A stretch of 64,000 nt of DNA, taken from NCBI GenBank assembly GCA_047284725.1, contig JBJBEO010000001.1, positions 1,688,203-1,752,202 of the forward strand, read 5' to 3'. Positions within the stretch are counted from its first letter, which is position 1, and every line of letters begins with the position of its first letter. The DNA comes from Synechococcus sp. Its GTDB lineage: Bacteria; Cyanobacteriota; Cyanobacteriia; PCC-6307; Cyanobiaceae. The notes under the pieces were generated by a model that was given only the letters and a program-made list of their open reading frames with translations, did not search any database and was not told the origin of the DNA. The translations under genes were made by a program, and so were the position numbers. This document shows positions 39,578-48,724 of this stretch, in pieces.

Positions 39578-40165
39578 ATGACGATGCCCACGAATCCGGC
39601 GCTGTTCGATCTCGATGGCTCGCTGGGGTTGCTGTTGCCGATCGGAGCCCTGCTGCCTCTGGTGGGCGTGCTGATGGTGAGCCAGACCAATCCCTATCAA
39701 ACGCTGATGCTCCGCGGCGTGTTCGGCTCAGTGGCGACCCTGCTGTATGTGCTGCTGGGCGCCCCGGATGTGGCGCTCACCGAAGCGATGGTGGGCACCC
39801 TGCTCTCCACGACCCTCTACGTGATCGCCCTGCGCTCATCGATGACGTTGCGCCTGGAGGATCGACGCAGCTGGCAGATGTCGACAAGCGCCGATGCTGC
39901 CGACTGCACGGACCCCGATCTGGACCACCTCAGTCGCTGGCTGCAGCCTCTGCATCTGCGGCTGCGCTTGGTGCGCGACGGCGAAGCCCCCCATGGCTGG
40001 CTCGACGATGAACGGCATCTGGTGATTCGCCATCCCCATCTGGAACAGCATCTGAGGGATCAACCCGGCCACCAGCACTGGGTGGAGCAGGGCGGCAGTC
40101 TGCGGCTGAGCCCGGACGCCCGGAGCCCAGCCGCAGGTGCGGCGGCGGAGGCGGTGGGGCCATGA
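39578..40165 (+). CDS. DUF4040 (MrpA/B-related) subunit
   Basis: LGAPDVALTEAMVG. Confidence 0.85.
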   Translation: MTMPTNPALFDLDGSLGLLLPIGALLPLVGVLMVSQTNPYQTLMLRGVFGSVATLLYVLLGAPDVALTEAMVGTLLSTTLYVIALRSSMTLRLEDRRSWQMSTSADAADCTDPDLDHLSRWLQPLHLRLRLVRDGEAPHGWLDDERHLVIRHPHLEQHLRDQPGHQHWVEQGGSLRLSPDARSPAAGAAAEAVGP

Positions 40166-40821
40166 CCTGGCTGTATGTGCTGGCAAGCGTGGTGCTGTTC
40201 GCAGCGCCGCTGGCGGGCCCCTTGGCCCAGACCTCCGGCATGGCCCCGGTGATGCAGGCCCTGGCGGAGCAGACCGGCGTGCCCAATCTCGTGTCGGGCG
40301 TGATCCTGGAGACCCGTCTGTTCGACACCATCGGCGAGGTGGTGGTTTTCACCCTGGCCTCGATCGGCGTGCGTCAGCTGTTCAGCGATGAAACGAAGCG
40401 CCACAGCATCCGCAGCCTCACCGACCTGCCCTCACGGGTGGTCTGTGAACAGGTCGCCACAATTTCATCGCTGGTGGCGGTGGAGATGGCACTGCGCGGC
40501 CACCTCAGCCCCGGCGGTGGCTTCGCTGCCGGCGTGGCCGGCGGCACGGCGATCGGCCTGGTGCTGATCAGTGGCGGCAGCCGCTTCACCGCCAAGCTGC
40601 ACAAACGCTGGCATGCCGACCGCTGGGAGAAGGCCGCCGTGCTGGGCTTCGTGCTGTTGGCGTTGCTCTCTCTGGAGGGAATCGCCCCTGGACTGGGACG
40701 TTTCGGTGAGCTGCTCAGTGGCGGCTGGATTCCGCTGCTCAACCTGCTGGTGGCCCTGAAGGTGACCCTTGGCTCCTGGGCCATGGTGCAGCGCTTCATC
40801 CAATACCGCGGTCTGCTGTAG
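40162..40821 (+). CDS. mrpB: Mrp antiporter subunit B
   Basis: PNLVSGVI...RLFDTIGE, GHLSPGGGFAAG. Confidence 0.9.
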   Translation: MTWLYVLASVVLFAAPLAGPLAQTSGMAPVMQALAEQTGVPNLVSGVILETRLFDTIGEVVVFTLASIGVRQLFSDETKRHSIRSLTDLPSRVVCEQVATISSLVAVEMALRGHLSPGGGFAAGVAGGTAIGLVLISGGSRFTAKLHKRWHADRWEKAAVLGFVLLALLSLEGIAPGLGRFGELLSGGWIPLLNLLVALKVTLGSWAMVQRFIQYRGLL

Positions 40822-40829
40822 ACGAACGC

Positions 40830-41660
40830 ATGCGCCTGCCGATCGAACAGCTCGCGGTCTTCGCCGAGGCCCCGTTTGAAGGCAACCCCGCAGCGGTCTG
40901 TTCGCTGCAGGCCTGGCTGCCGGATCGGGTGATGCAGGCGATTGCAGCGGAAAACAACCTGTCCGAAACAGCCTTCACCGTGCAGGAAGGCGACGGCTAC
41001 GGCCTGCGCTGGTTCACCCCGAGCTGTGAAGTCGACCTGTGCGGCCACGCCACCCTGGCGGCCTCACAGGTGGTGTTTGCTCAGGCACCCGAGCGAACCC
41101 TGCTGCGCTTCCAGACCCGAAGTGGTGAGCTGCGGGTGGACCGCGATCGTGACGGGCTGAGGCTGAGCTGTCCAGCCCAAGCGATGACGCCCTGCGTGGT
41201 GCCGGAGGGCTTGGTGGAAGCCCTCGGGGCCACACCCGAGCATTGCCTGATCGGCATGGATCTGATGGCGGTCTTTGCCTCAGAAGACTGCATCCAGGCG
41301 CTGATGCCGTCGATGGAAGCGCTGGCCGCCATGCCCGGCCGGGGCGTGATCGTCACCGCCCCCGGCCGCCGCGTGGATGTGGTGAGCCGCTTCTTCGCAC
41401 CGGGGATCGGCATCCCGGAAGACCCGGTCACAGGATCAGCCCACTGCAGCCTGGCGCCCTACTGGGCCCATCGACTGGGGCGGTCGAAGCTGGAAGCGCG
41501 ACAACTGTCAAAGCGGGGTGGCCGTCTGCGCTGCGAGCTGCAGGGTGAAAACGTGCTGATCAGCGGTCGCGTGCAGCCTTTTCTGAAAGGAGAGTTGATC
41601 CTCCCCTCCTCAACCTTCAGACGGATTCGTTCTCGAATGAATGCTCCATCAGCGCCCTGA
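40830..41660 (+). CDS. PhzF-family epimerase/isomerase
   Basis: FEGNPAAV, NLSETAF, RWFTP..EVDLCGHATLA, EDPVTGSAH. Confidence 0.93.
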   Translation: MRLPIEQLAVFAEAPFEGNPAAVCSLQAWLPDRVMQAIAAENNLSETAFTVQEGDGYGLRWFTPSCEVDLCGHATLAASQVVFAQAPERTLLRFQTRSGELRVDRDRDGLRLSCPAQAMTPCVVPEGLVEALGATPEHCLIGMDLMAVFASEDCIQALMPSMEALAAMPGRGVIVTAPGRRVDVVSRFFAPGIGIPEDPVTGSAHCSLAPYWAHRLGRSKLEARQLSKRGGRLRCELQGENVLISGRVQPFLKGELILPSSTFRRIRSRMNAPSAP

Positions 41661-41817
41661 ACAACTCCTGTTTCTTTTGCTCCAGAAACTCCTGCTCCTC
41701 AGAGGGACCACCCGGCCAGTTGCGAAGGGCATCGCAGGTGGTCTTGAACTCAAGCCTCAAGGCCACCAGGTTGTAGTTGAAGGTTGCGACAACGTCGTCG
41801 TTCATCGTTGGCCTCAT
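41617..41817 (-). CDS. small conserved hypothetical protein
   Basis: TCDALRNWPGGPSEEQEFL. Confidence 0.7.
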   Translation of the reverse strand: MRPTMNDDVVATFNYNLVALRLEFKTTCDALRNWPGGPSEEQEFLEQKKQELFRALMEHSFENESV

Positions 41818-41985
41818 GCTGGCCAATTATTGCCATCCATCTCGACGACTTGACGTATCCGTTGCCACCATGGTTTGCCTAGCAGATCTGGCTGGGTCCT
41901 GCGGGCTTGGGATGTGCGGAAACCTCCGTCACGGACGCGCAGGGACTTTCGCGATGGTTAGCGGGTTGACTCAATCCAACTTCCG

Positions 41986-42150
41986 ATGACATCCGAAATC
42001 CGCAACTGGGCCGTGGTGGCAGCAGCCATGGAAGCTCAGGGGACGACAAACAGCGAGATGTACCGACGTGCCAAGGCTATGGCAGAAGGCAAGCGTGACC
42101 CAATGCCGACAAGCTACCCCGCTGCCCCTTACAGCATCTCCATCGCCTGA
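41986..42150 (+). CDS. small protein, NW..E..G.T...Y.RA family (copy 1, 54 aa)
   Basis: Hand-translated MTSEIRNWAVVAAAMEAQGTTNSEMYRRAKAMAEGKRDPMP; paralogue at 49134. Confidence 0.75.
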   Translation: MTSEIRNWAVVAAAMEAQGTTNSEMYRRAKAMAEGKRDPMPTSYPAAPYSISIA

Positions 42151-42244
42151 CGATTGTCTCCGGTGACGATGGCGGTCTTCTCGTTTTGACAACGGCGAGA
42201 TCGCCATCTTGTTGACAGTCCAGATGTTGTCAGCCCAAAGAGGA

Positions 42245-42690
42245 AGGCCGCCTTCCCGAGTGGGAAGACGGCCTAGCTCGCTCGTTCGCGCATGGTTCAA
42301 CCCCGTCACGTCTTGGGAAAGAAGGAAAGGGGCGAAGCGTTCTGGCGTTGGCAACCCTGGGGCCATGACGTCCAGGTGTAGTGCTGATGAAGCTCCGGGG
42401 CACCTTGTCTGCATGAGCAGCGTTGGGCGGTGCAGTGGAGTGTCGATTCGCGTGGCGCACCGGATCAGTGCCTGCGAAAGGACCAGCTCTACGGATGAGT
42501 GGAAACTGTTGGAGCAGGGGCCAGAAGTCAGTCTGCTTCTTAGGTTTGCTCAGGTGGAGTGTCGGCTGTCATCAGCGCCTCCGATCTCGATGCACCTACT
42601 TTGCGCTGGCTGGGCGGGGTTGCCTATCCGTGTAAAGGCGCATTGCCTTTGCGGGCCAACCCACCGAAAGTTTGAACGGCGTGCCCTCAG
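42245..42690 (+). ncRNA. second, shorter copy of candidate structured RNA (element B)
   Basis: Collinear nucleotide homology to the reverse complement of ~32000-32460. Confidence 0.55.
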
Positions 42691-42699
42691 GCACCACCA

Positions 42700-43509
42700 T
42701 TATCTGGACAGCCGTTGATGCCTGAGGCCCACCAACGCGGCAGCGGCACCGTAATCAGCCGCAATCAGCTGCAACTCCGCCTGATTGATTTTCCAGATCA
42801 CCTGCACTGAAAAGGCCTGTCCCACAACCAGGCGAGCCGGGCAACGCAGAATGATGTCGTCGGGGAAATAGACAGTCAGCGGCTCGGATGGCACCCAGGT
42901 CCAAGCCATCGTCCCCGTTGCAGCCAGCGAAAGGTCTGGGCGAAGCCGCCACTCCTCTCCGTGCCATTCACCGTCGGGTTGCCACGCTGGCACCTGAGCA
43001 ATGGCCTTGGTCCAGGGGCTCGTTGAGGCCGCTCCACGATGTTCACGAATGCTTGCGGTTCTCACCAACGCGCCCTTCTGGCCGTACACCAAGCCAACAC
43101 TGTGTCGCGTCTCGCCTTTGGCAAGAAACAACTCAAAGGCTGCAAACTGTTCAACGTCGAGGCGGGGGATCAGCCAGGTGGCGGCACCATCGTCAAAGGC
43201 AAAGCCACGCATGGATGGATGCGCTGGATGCGCGAAGCCATCGCTCAGGCTGTGGTCAACAACGTTGTAATCCCACGCTTCAGCGATGTCTTTCCCATCG
43301 TCATAGAGGTAGCGATTGCGCTGATGGACCTCGTTGTGTTCGGCATCCGCCGTGAAGTGACGCGCGCTTTCAAAGGACTCCATGACCTCGCCGGAAGGCT
43401 CGTAACGGGTCCAGCGGCCATGCCATTCGCCCAGGTGATGGCGCCAGAAATTGGTCCAGTTTCGCCTGGAGGCTGACGCCGTCGTCGTTCCTTGGTTGTT
43501 GAGAGCCAT
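42700..43509 (-). CDS. DUF3598-type protein
   Basis: GEWHGRWTRY, ELFL..G..RHSV..VY...G.L......REHR. Confidence 0.75.
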   Translation of the reverse strand: MALNNQGTTTASASRRNWTNFWRHHLGEWHGRWTRYEPSGEVMESFESARHFTADAEHNEVHQRNRYLYDDGKDIAEAWDYNVVDHSLSDGFAHPAHPSMRGFAFDDGAATWLIPRLDVEQFAAFELFLAKGETRHSVGLVYGQKGALVRTASIREHRGAASTSPWTKAIAQVPAWQPDGEWHGEEWRLRPDLSLAATGTMAWTWVPSEPLTVYFPDDIILRCPARLVVGQAFSVQVIWKINQAELQLIAADYGAAAALVGLRHQRLSR

Positions 43510-43570
43510 GGTGGAAATCGGCAAAATCGGATCAGGCCCGCACCATCAACCCTTGCGTTGGCGATGGAGC

Positions 43571-43900
43571 TCAGACATCGGCATTGATCAATCCTGAACT
43601 GGGCTTGTAGGCAGCCTCGTGAATCTCCTCAGCCAGTTGTTTGATGGCGATCAGCGTTTCGCTGTCTGTCTGTGCCTGCCTCTCAGCGATTTCGCTTTGG
43701 ATGTTCTGGCCGACGATGATGATCGGCAAGAGCACAAGCTGCAGGAATGTCTGAGCAGTCCAGGAAATGATCTTGAGTGGATCCCTGGAGGCCAAGGCTT
43801 CTGGCAACGACACCAGCGCGAGGGCAGCAAAGGCATAAGCACACCACATCGTGCCAACCCTGTCAGTAATGAAAACAGCAAGCCGCTTGTTGAGACGCAT
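43571..43900 (-). CDS. DUF1003-like membrane protein
   Basis: LAVFITDRVGTMW, LQLVLLPIIIVGQN. Confidence 0.75.
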   Translation of the reverse strand: MRLNKRLAVFITDRVGTMWCAYAFAALALVSLPEALASRDPLKIISWTAQTFLQLVLLPIIIVGQNIQSEIAERQAQTDSETLIAIKQLAEEIHEAAYKPSSGLINADV

Positions 43901-43994
43901 CAAGCTCACGACAGCGAAGACGAATGACCCCGCAATGATGGGGCCGTGAAGCCTCCCTGAACACGGGGTTGACGGGTGCACCCGCGTGCGCCCC

Positions 43995-44285
43995 TCAGTT
44001 GCGACGGGCCGCACCCCGGCCATTGCCAATCAGACCAAGGTCGATGATCAGACCGATGGCCACCACCAGCACGCCACCGAAACTGCCCAACCCGCCAAAG
44101 GCGGCCACCGCCCAGCAGTAGCCCAGGGTGGTGGTGGGCAGCAGCACCAGGCCCAGCAAGGGAATCAGGGGGTTCGGCACACCCATGCCGGCAAAGGGGG
44201 CGAGCACGAAGGCGCTGTTGAACAGCCACATCAACAGCAGAACGATCCGTGGAGTCAGGAGACCGAGGGCAGCCAGCAGGCACAT
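43995..44285 (-). CDS. membrane protein
   Basis: MCLLAALGLLTPR, LGLVLLPTTTL. Confidence 0.7.
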   Translation of the reverse strand: MCLLAALGLLTPRIVLLLMWLFNSAFVLAPFAGMGVPNPLIPLLGLVLLPTTTLGYCWAVAAFGGLGSFGGVLVVAIGLIIDLGLIGNGRGAARRN

Positions 44286-44383
44286 CGGCCTTGTGCATCT
44301 GTTGCACAACTAGCGATGGCGGATGGCAGCTGGCCACCTCCAGCGCCGCTAAACCGTGGACATCGTGCACTGGAGCCAGCACC

Positions 44384-45175
44384 GTGACCTGCTCGAGACC
44401 CAGGCGACCGGATCGAAAGCCACGCCAACCATGGCAGCGCAGGGCAGCGGCCCTGGTGAGCATCGGCATGCTGAGCACCGCCCTGGTCGACTCCCCGGCG
44501 GTTGCCGATGCGACGTCCATGGCTCCAGCGACCCGGGAGGCCACGGCCACCCGGTTGGTGGGCACCTGGGTGCTCACCGACAACGACAACGTGCCCTTCA
44601 ACCTGATTCTGCGGGGCGACGGCAGTTCGCTCACCGTGATCGGCCAACGCCATCCGGCGCTAGGCACCCCCGAACGGATGACCCGCCATCAGCTGATGGA
44701 GACCGGCCGTTGGCGGCCCTGGGGCAACGGCATCCGTTCCGACTACGGCGACGGCTGGACCGACACCATCCAAGTGGGGCCCGCAGGGCCTGTGCAGTGG
44801 TCATGGAAACCGGGGGCTTCCCTGAATGCAGCGCCGACCAACCATGGCAAAGCGGTGCTGATGACCAGACCGGTGATGGACTGGGTGGGGGCCTACAAAC
44901 TCGAACCCACCCAACCCGACCAACCGGCCTACCTGGCGGTGCTCACCTCCTCAGGTCTGGCGTTCAACACGATTGACCGGGTGGCAGATGGGTCCTGGAG
45001 TCTGCGCAGCAACGGCAGTGTGCTGATCAAGTGGACCAGTGGCTGGCGCACCGCCATCACGGTGGATGGCGCCGGTGCACCGGCCCCTGACCAGGACCTG
45101 ACGGTGCAGCACTGGCGCCCCGGGGTGAGCCTCAGCGCCCCCGCCAGCGCCAGACGCCGTGGCCGGCGACTCTGA
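44384..45175 (+). CDS. exported protein with an internal duplicated beta domain
   Basis: Repeats VG.W/Y.L...G.W......GW; start uncertain. Confidence 0.65.
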   Translation: MTCSRPRRPDRKPRQPWQRRAAALVSIGMLSTALVDSPAVADATSMAPATREATATRLVGTWVLTDNDNVPFNLILRGDGSSLTVIGQRHPALGTPERMTRHQLMETGRWRPWGNGIRSDYGDGWTDTIQVGPAGPVQWSWKPGASLNAAPTNHGKAVLMTRPVMDWVGAYKLEPTQPDQPAYLAVLTSSGLAFNTIDRVADGSWSLRSNGSVLIKWTSGWRTAITVDGAGAPAPDQDLTVQHWRPGVSLSAPASARRRGRRL

Positions 45176-45204
45176 GCCTGCTTCGATCCAAACGCCCACA
45201 ACCC

Positions 45205-45681
45205 ATGCACAAGCTCTGGCCTCCCACCCTGGCGGTGACAACCGCCCTTGCCGCCATCACGCTCACGGCATCCCCCGGGCTCAGCCATGGCACGGCGGAA
45301 GAAGCGAGCCTGGGCGTGACGGTGGAGCCGCTCCAGGCCACCACTCAGCAATGGGATGGCACCCTCCTGCCGAGCTTCCCGAGCGGTCAGCCTGAGGTTC
45401 AGATCCTCAAGATCACGATCCCCGCAGGCGTGGTTCTCCCCTGGCATCACCACCCGGTGATCAACGCCGCCTACGTGCTCAAAGGCCAGCTCAAGGTGGA
45501 ACGTCTCGAGGGACCATCCCGGATCATCAGCGCAGGCGACACCCTGGTGGAAGTGGTGAACACGGTGCACAGGGGCCAGGCCCTGCCTGGCAGCGATGTG
45601 GAGGTGGTGGTGTTTTACGCCGGCACGCCCGGCACCCCGATCACGGTGATGACTCCCGCCGCCGACGCCCTCAGGCGCTGA
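45205..45681 (+). CDS. cupin-domain protein
   Basis: LPWHHHP.INAAYVLKG.L, EVVNTVH. Confidence 0.88.
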   Translation: MHKLWPPTLAVTTALAAITLTASPGLSHGTAEEASLGVTVEPLQATTQQWDGTLLPSFPSGQPEVQILKITIPAGVVLPWHHHPVINAAYVLKGQLKVERLEGPSRIISAGDTLVEVVNTVHRGQALPGSDVEVVVFYAGTPGTPITVMTPAADALRR

Positions 45682-45865
45682 GGCGAGCGGGTCGACGCGG
45701 CTTGGCCGCTTTGCCGACCTTGCCATTGTGATGGTCGAGCAGCCCGCGGCGGGATTTCTCCGCACTCACGAGCCGGTTCAGCAACGCCGTTGTGTCGTGG
45801 GCGGACAGGTCACCATCCACGCCCCACTTGAGGCACGACAAGGGCGTCATCGTCTGGACTTTCAT
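45671..45865 (-). CDS. small conserved hypothetical protein
   Basis: CLKWGVDGDLSAHD...LL.RL. Confidence 0.55.
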   Translation of the reverse strand: MKVQTMTPLSCLKWGVDGDLSAHDTTALLNRLVSAEKSRRGLLDHHNGKVGKAAKPRRPARLSA

Positions 45866-45979
45866 CGCATGACCCCGCTAAGAGACGATCAACGTACGGT
45901 GTGTATTCCGTGACAACAAGAAAGAAAATCTGAAAAAATCGCTGGGAATCTAAGTATTTATCTTCAGCCAATCTGCTCC

Positions 45980-46051
45980 GATCGCTTCACACTGGCTGCG
46001 GATTCCAGTTCCTGTGGCCTCACTGTGTTGATCCCACAGCATGAAGCGATC
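45980..46051. ncRNA. candidate 72-nt three-way-junction RNA
   Basis: gatcgcttca/tgaagcgatc closing stem enclosing actgg/ccagt and ctgtgg/ccacag hairpins. Confidence 0.4.
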
Positions 46052-46280
46052 ACGCCACCCACTGGTCGACATCCATGATTGTTTTGATCAGCAGGCCCAG
46101 GCGCTTGAATTCAGCAAAATTGAGATCCTGCACCGCCTGATCAAGGCCACTGTCGACCCACGCACCATCGCGTTGTTCCTCGATGTTGAAGTCTTGATCG
46201 AGGCTGTCGCGGCGGATGCGATAGGTGATGCCGTCGTCGTGGAGATAGTCGGCGGATTGGAGCTGCAGACCCATCAACAT
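46050..46280 (-). CDS. hypothetical protein
   Basis: WVDSGLDQAVQDLNFAEFKRLGLLIK. Confidence 0.6.
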   Translation of the reverse strand: MLMGLQLQSADYLHDDGITYRIRRDSLDQDFNIEEQRDGAWVDSGLDQAVQDLNFAEFKRLGLLIKTIMDVDQWVA

Positions 46281-46344
46281 CCGCCCCGGCACGGAGCTGC
46301 ACAAAGCAGGAGGCTAAGGGCTGGGCCTTGCCCCCCCAGCCGCG

Positions 46345-46581
46345 TCAGGCGGGCTTGGGCCGGGAGGCCGCACAGACCACCGCACCGCCGGCCACCAGGG
46401 TGAGGATGCCGGTGGTGATCAGGAAGGCCACCAGCATGTGGAAGGCCAGCACACTGCCCAGCAGCGACATCTTCACGCGCAACAGCTTGCTCTTGATCAG
46501 CAGAAGCAACAGCAGGGCCACCGTGGCCTTGAGGCCGGCCACCTTGGCGGCGCTGAGGGGGCAGAAGGGATTGAGCAGCAT
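46345..46581 (-). CDS. small membrane protein
   Basis: Two hydrophobic helices. Confidence 0.5.
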   Translation of the reverse strand: MLLNPFCPLSAAKVAGLKATVALLLLLLIKSKLLRVKMSLLGSVLAFHMLVAFLITTGILTLVAGGAVVCAASRPKPA

Positions 46582-46664
46582 CGCCTCGGAACAGAGCTGT
46601 TCAGTCAAGTGTCGCGAAATCACCCCATCAACCGAGAGGGGCGCTGGCAGCCAGGCGGGATCCG

Positions 46665-47324
46665 CTAGGGGGTGCAGGGCCCATTGGCAGTGACGATCAC
46701 CTCATCGCCGAGCTGCACGGTGTTGAGCAGGGTCTTGAGGATCGGCGCCTTGACGTTGATGCATCCCCCGGTGACCTTCTCGCCGATGCGGGCTTCGTTG
46801 TTGCTGCCGTGGATGGCAAAGCTGTACCAGCGGAACTTGCCGTCGTAGACGTTGAACTGGAACGGCTGCTTGACGCTGTCGATCGGCGCCAGGCTGATGT
46901 AGCCGATGCCGTATTCACCCACCTCGCCATCGCCCTTGAAGTCGATGGCATTCATGTTTTTGAACAAGGTGGTCTTGAGCTCGGCTTCGCTCTTGCCCGA
47001 CTGCTGGATCAGGGCTGGATCCATCACGAACTGATCATTACTGAGGATGGCGTTCACCTGAAAACGGCCCAGGGGTGTGTAGCCCTCCTCGAAGCGGGTC
47101 CCTGCACAGGTGACGCCATGGCGGCCGTAGCCCACCTGAAAGCGGGTGCTCTGGTCGCCGATCACCAGGGTGCCCTCGCTGCCGGCGGGGTCGTTGAGGT
47201 TCAAGGCGATCGTGATCGGTTGGCTGATCGTCTTGTCGGCCTCGGCTTCAGGCGGCTGGAGATCACCACAGCCGGCCAGGGCCAACGCCAGAGCGATCGA
47301 TGCCAATGACCAACGGCCTGCCAT
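46665..47324 (-). CDS. L,D-transpeptidase-like lipoprotein
   Basis: Lipobox LAGC, TPLGRF, AIHGSN...TGGCINV. Confidence 0.85.
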   Translation of the reverse strand: MAGRWSLASIALALALAGCGDLQPPEAEADKTISQPITIALNLNDPAGSEGTLVIGDQSTRFQVGYGRHGVTCAGTRFEEGYTPLGRFQVNAILSNDQFVMDPALIQQSGKSEAELKTTLFKNMNAIDFKGDGEVGEYGIGYISLAPIDSVKQPFQFNVYDGKFRWYSFAIHGSNNEARIGEKVTGGCINVKAPILKTLLNTVQLGDEVIVTANGPCTP

Positions 47325-47460
47325 GCCTATCCAGGAGCTGGCTTCATGCTGGCGAGGCCACCACGATCTGCAGGGGCTGAAACAGAGCGGGTGCATGCCA
47401 GTGAAGGATCCGACCTCGCCGCAACTGGCACAGTGCCGGTTGCGGGGGCTAGATTTCTTC

Positions 47461-47548
47461 TGTGAGGAGAAAAAACGCTCTCACGTGGCAACAAGGTCAC
47501 ACGCGTCTGCGTTTTTGAAACCCCTGCCTTCGGCGGGGGTTTCTTTTT
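47461..47548 (+). ncRNA. yfr2: Yfr2-family (Cyano-1) small RNA
   Basis: 5' GTGAGGAG, central stem with GGCAACAAGGTCAC loop (variant of GGAAACA x2), GC-rich terminator plus T run. Confidence 0.7.
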
Positions 47549-47583
47549 GGTCTGGAGCTGACCCTTGGATCTGGAGCGGACCG

Positions 47584-48531
47584 TCAGCCGGTGACGTAGG
47601 CCTGGAGATGGTCCGCCAGGGTGTGCACGAGGCGGCTGCGGGCCTGGCGGGAACTCCAGCCCATGTGGGGGCTGATCAGAAGGCGAGGGGTGTGAAGCAG
47701 AGCCTCCAGCTCCGAGCCGGGCGGCTCAACCGGCAGCACATCCAGGGCGGCACCGGCCAGGCGCCCCTGCTGCAACGCATCGGTGAGGGCCTCAAGGTTC
47801 ACCAGGCCGCCCCGGGCCATATTCACCAGCCGGGCGCTGGGCTTCATCCAGCCGAGCCGCTCGCGGTTGATCAGGTCGTGGGTGTGCGCTGTGAGCGGTG
47901 CATGCAGGCTGAGCACATCCGCCTGCCGCAACGCCGTTTCCAACTCTGCCGAGGTGCTGCGGCTGGTAAGGGCGAGGCCATGCATGCCGAAGGCTTCCCC
48001 GATCGCCAGCACCCCCCGGCCGATGTCCCCCGCCCCCAGCACCACCAGGGTCTGGCCCGCCAGTTCGTTGAATTCCGGCTCGATCAGCGAAAACACAGCG
48101 CTGCGCTGCCAGCGGCCGTCGGTGAGATCGCGGCGGCGCTGCTCCATGTGGCAGCTGAGCTCGAGGATCAGGGCCCAGGTGATCTGCACCACCGATGCAC
48201 GGCTGTAGCGACCGGCGTTGTGCACCGTGATGCCGAGCTCCCGGCAGGCCTCCAGATCCACCTGGTCCGTGCCGGTGGCCGCCACGCAGATCAGCCGCAA
48301 CTGGGGCAATTGCCGCAACAGCGATGCCTCCAGGGGGATCTTGTTGGTGATCACGATCTCAGCCCCGAGCAAGCGCTGCAGCCGTTCGTGGGGGGCGGTG
48401 GAAGGCCAGGCCTGCAGGCAACACCAGCGCTGCAGCGGGGCCAGATCCACCGGCCCAAGGCTGAGGGCATCAAGAAACACAGCCCGGGGCAGGGAGGTGG
48501 CCGCTGGGGCCTGGCGGGATGGCTCCGTCAT
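47584..48531 (-). CDS. D-2-hydroxyacid dehydrogenase (glycerate dehydrogenase-like)
   Basis: ATGTDQVD, GAGDIG, VNMARGG, LDVLPVEPP, SPHMGW. Confidence 0.92.
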   Translation of the reverse strand: MTEPSRQAPAATSLPRAVFLDALSLGPVDLAPLQRWCCLQAWPSTAPHERLQRLLGAEIVITNKIPLEASLLRQLPQLRLICVAATGTDQVDLEACRELGITVHNAGRYSRASVVQITWALILELSCHMEQRRRDLTDGRWQRSAVFSLIEPEFNELAGQTLVVLGAGDIGRGVLAIGEAFGMHGLALTSRSTSAELETALRQADVLSLHAPLTAHTHDLINRERLGWMKPSARLVNMARGGLVNLEALTDALQQGRLAGAALDVLPVEPPGSELEALLHTPRLLISPHMGWSSRQARSRLVHTLADHLQAYVTG

Positions 48532-48724
48532 CGGCCTGGTGCAACAGGGCCCTGAGTCTTAACGATCCAGGCATGAGGGGCATGTCAGCAACTCCTCACC
48601 GCCTGACCCCAACCACAGGCCTTTGCCGGGGTTCGCAACAGAAAAGTGGTCAACAAAGCCCCAGAAGCCAACACAACGGATTAGTTTCGGAAGGAAGTGA
48701 AAACCTCTACGGAGACGTTGAACG

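Noticed and set aside
48591..48600. ACTCCTCAC resembling the Yfr1 motif
   Set aside because: Incomplete motif and no clear flanking two-hairpin/terminator structure
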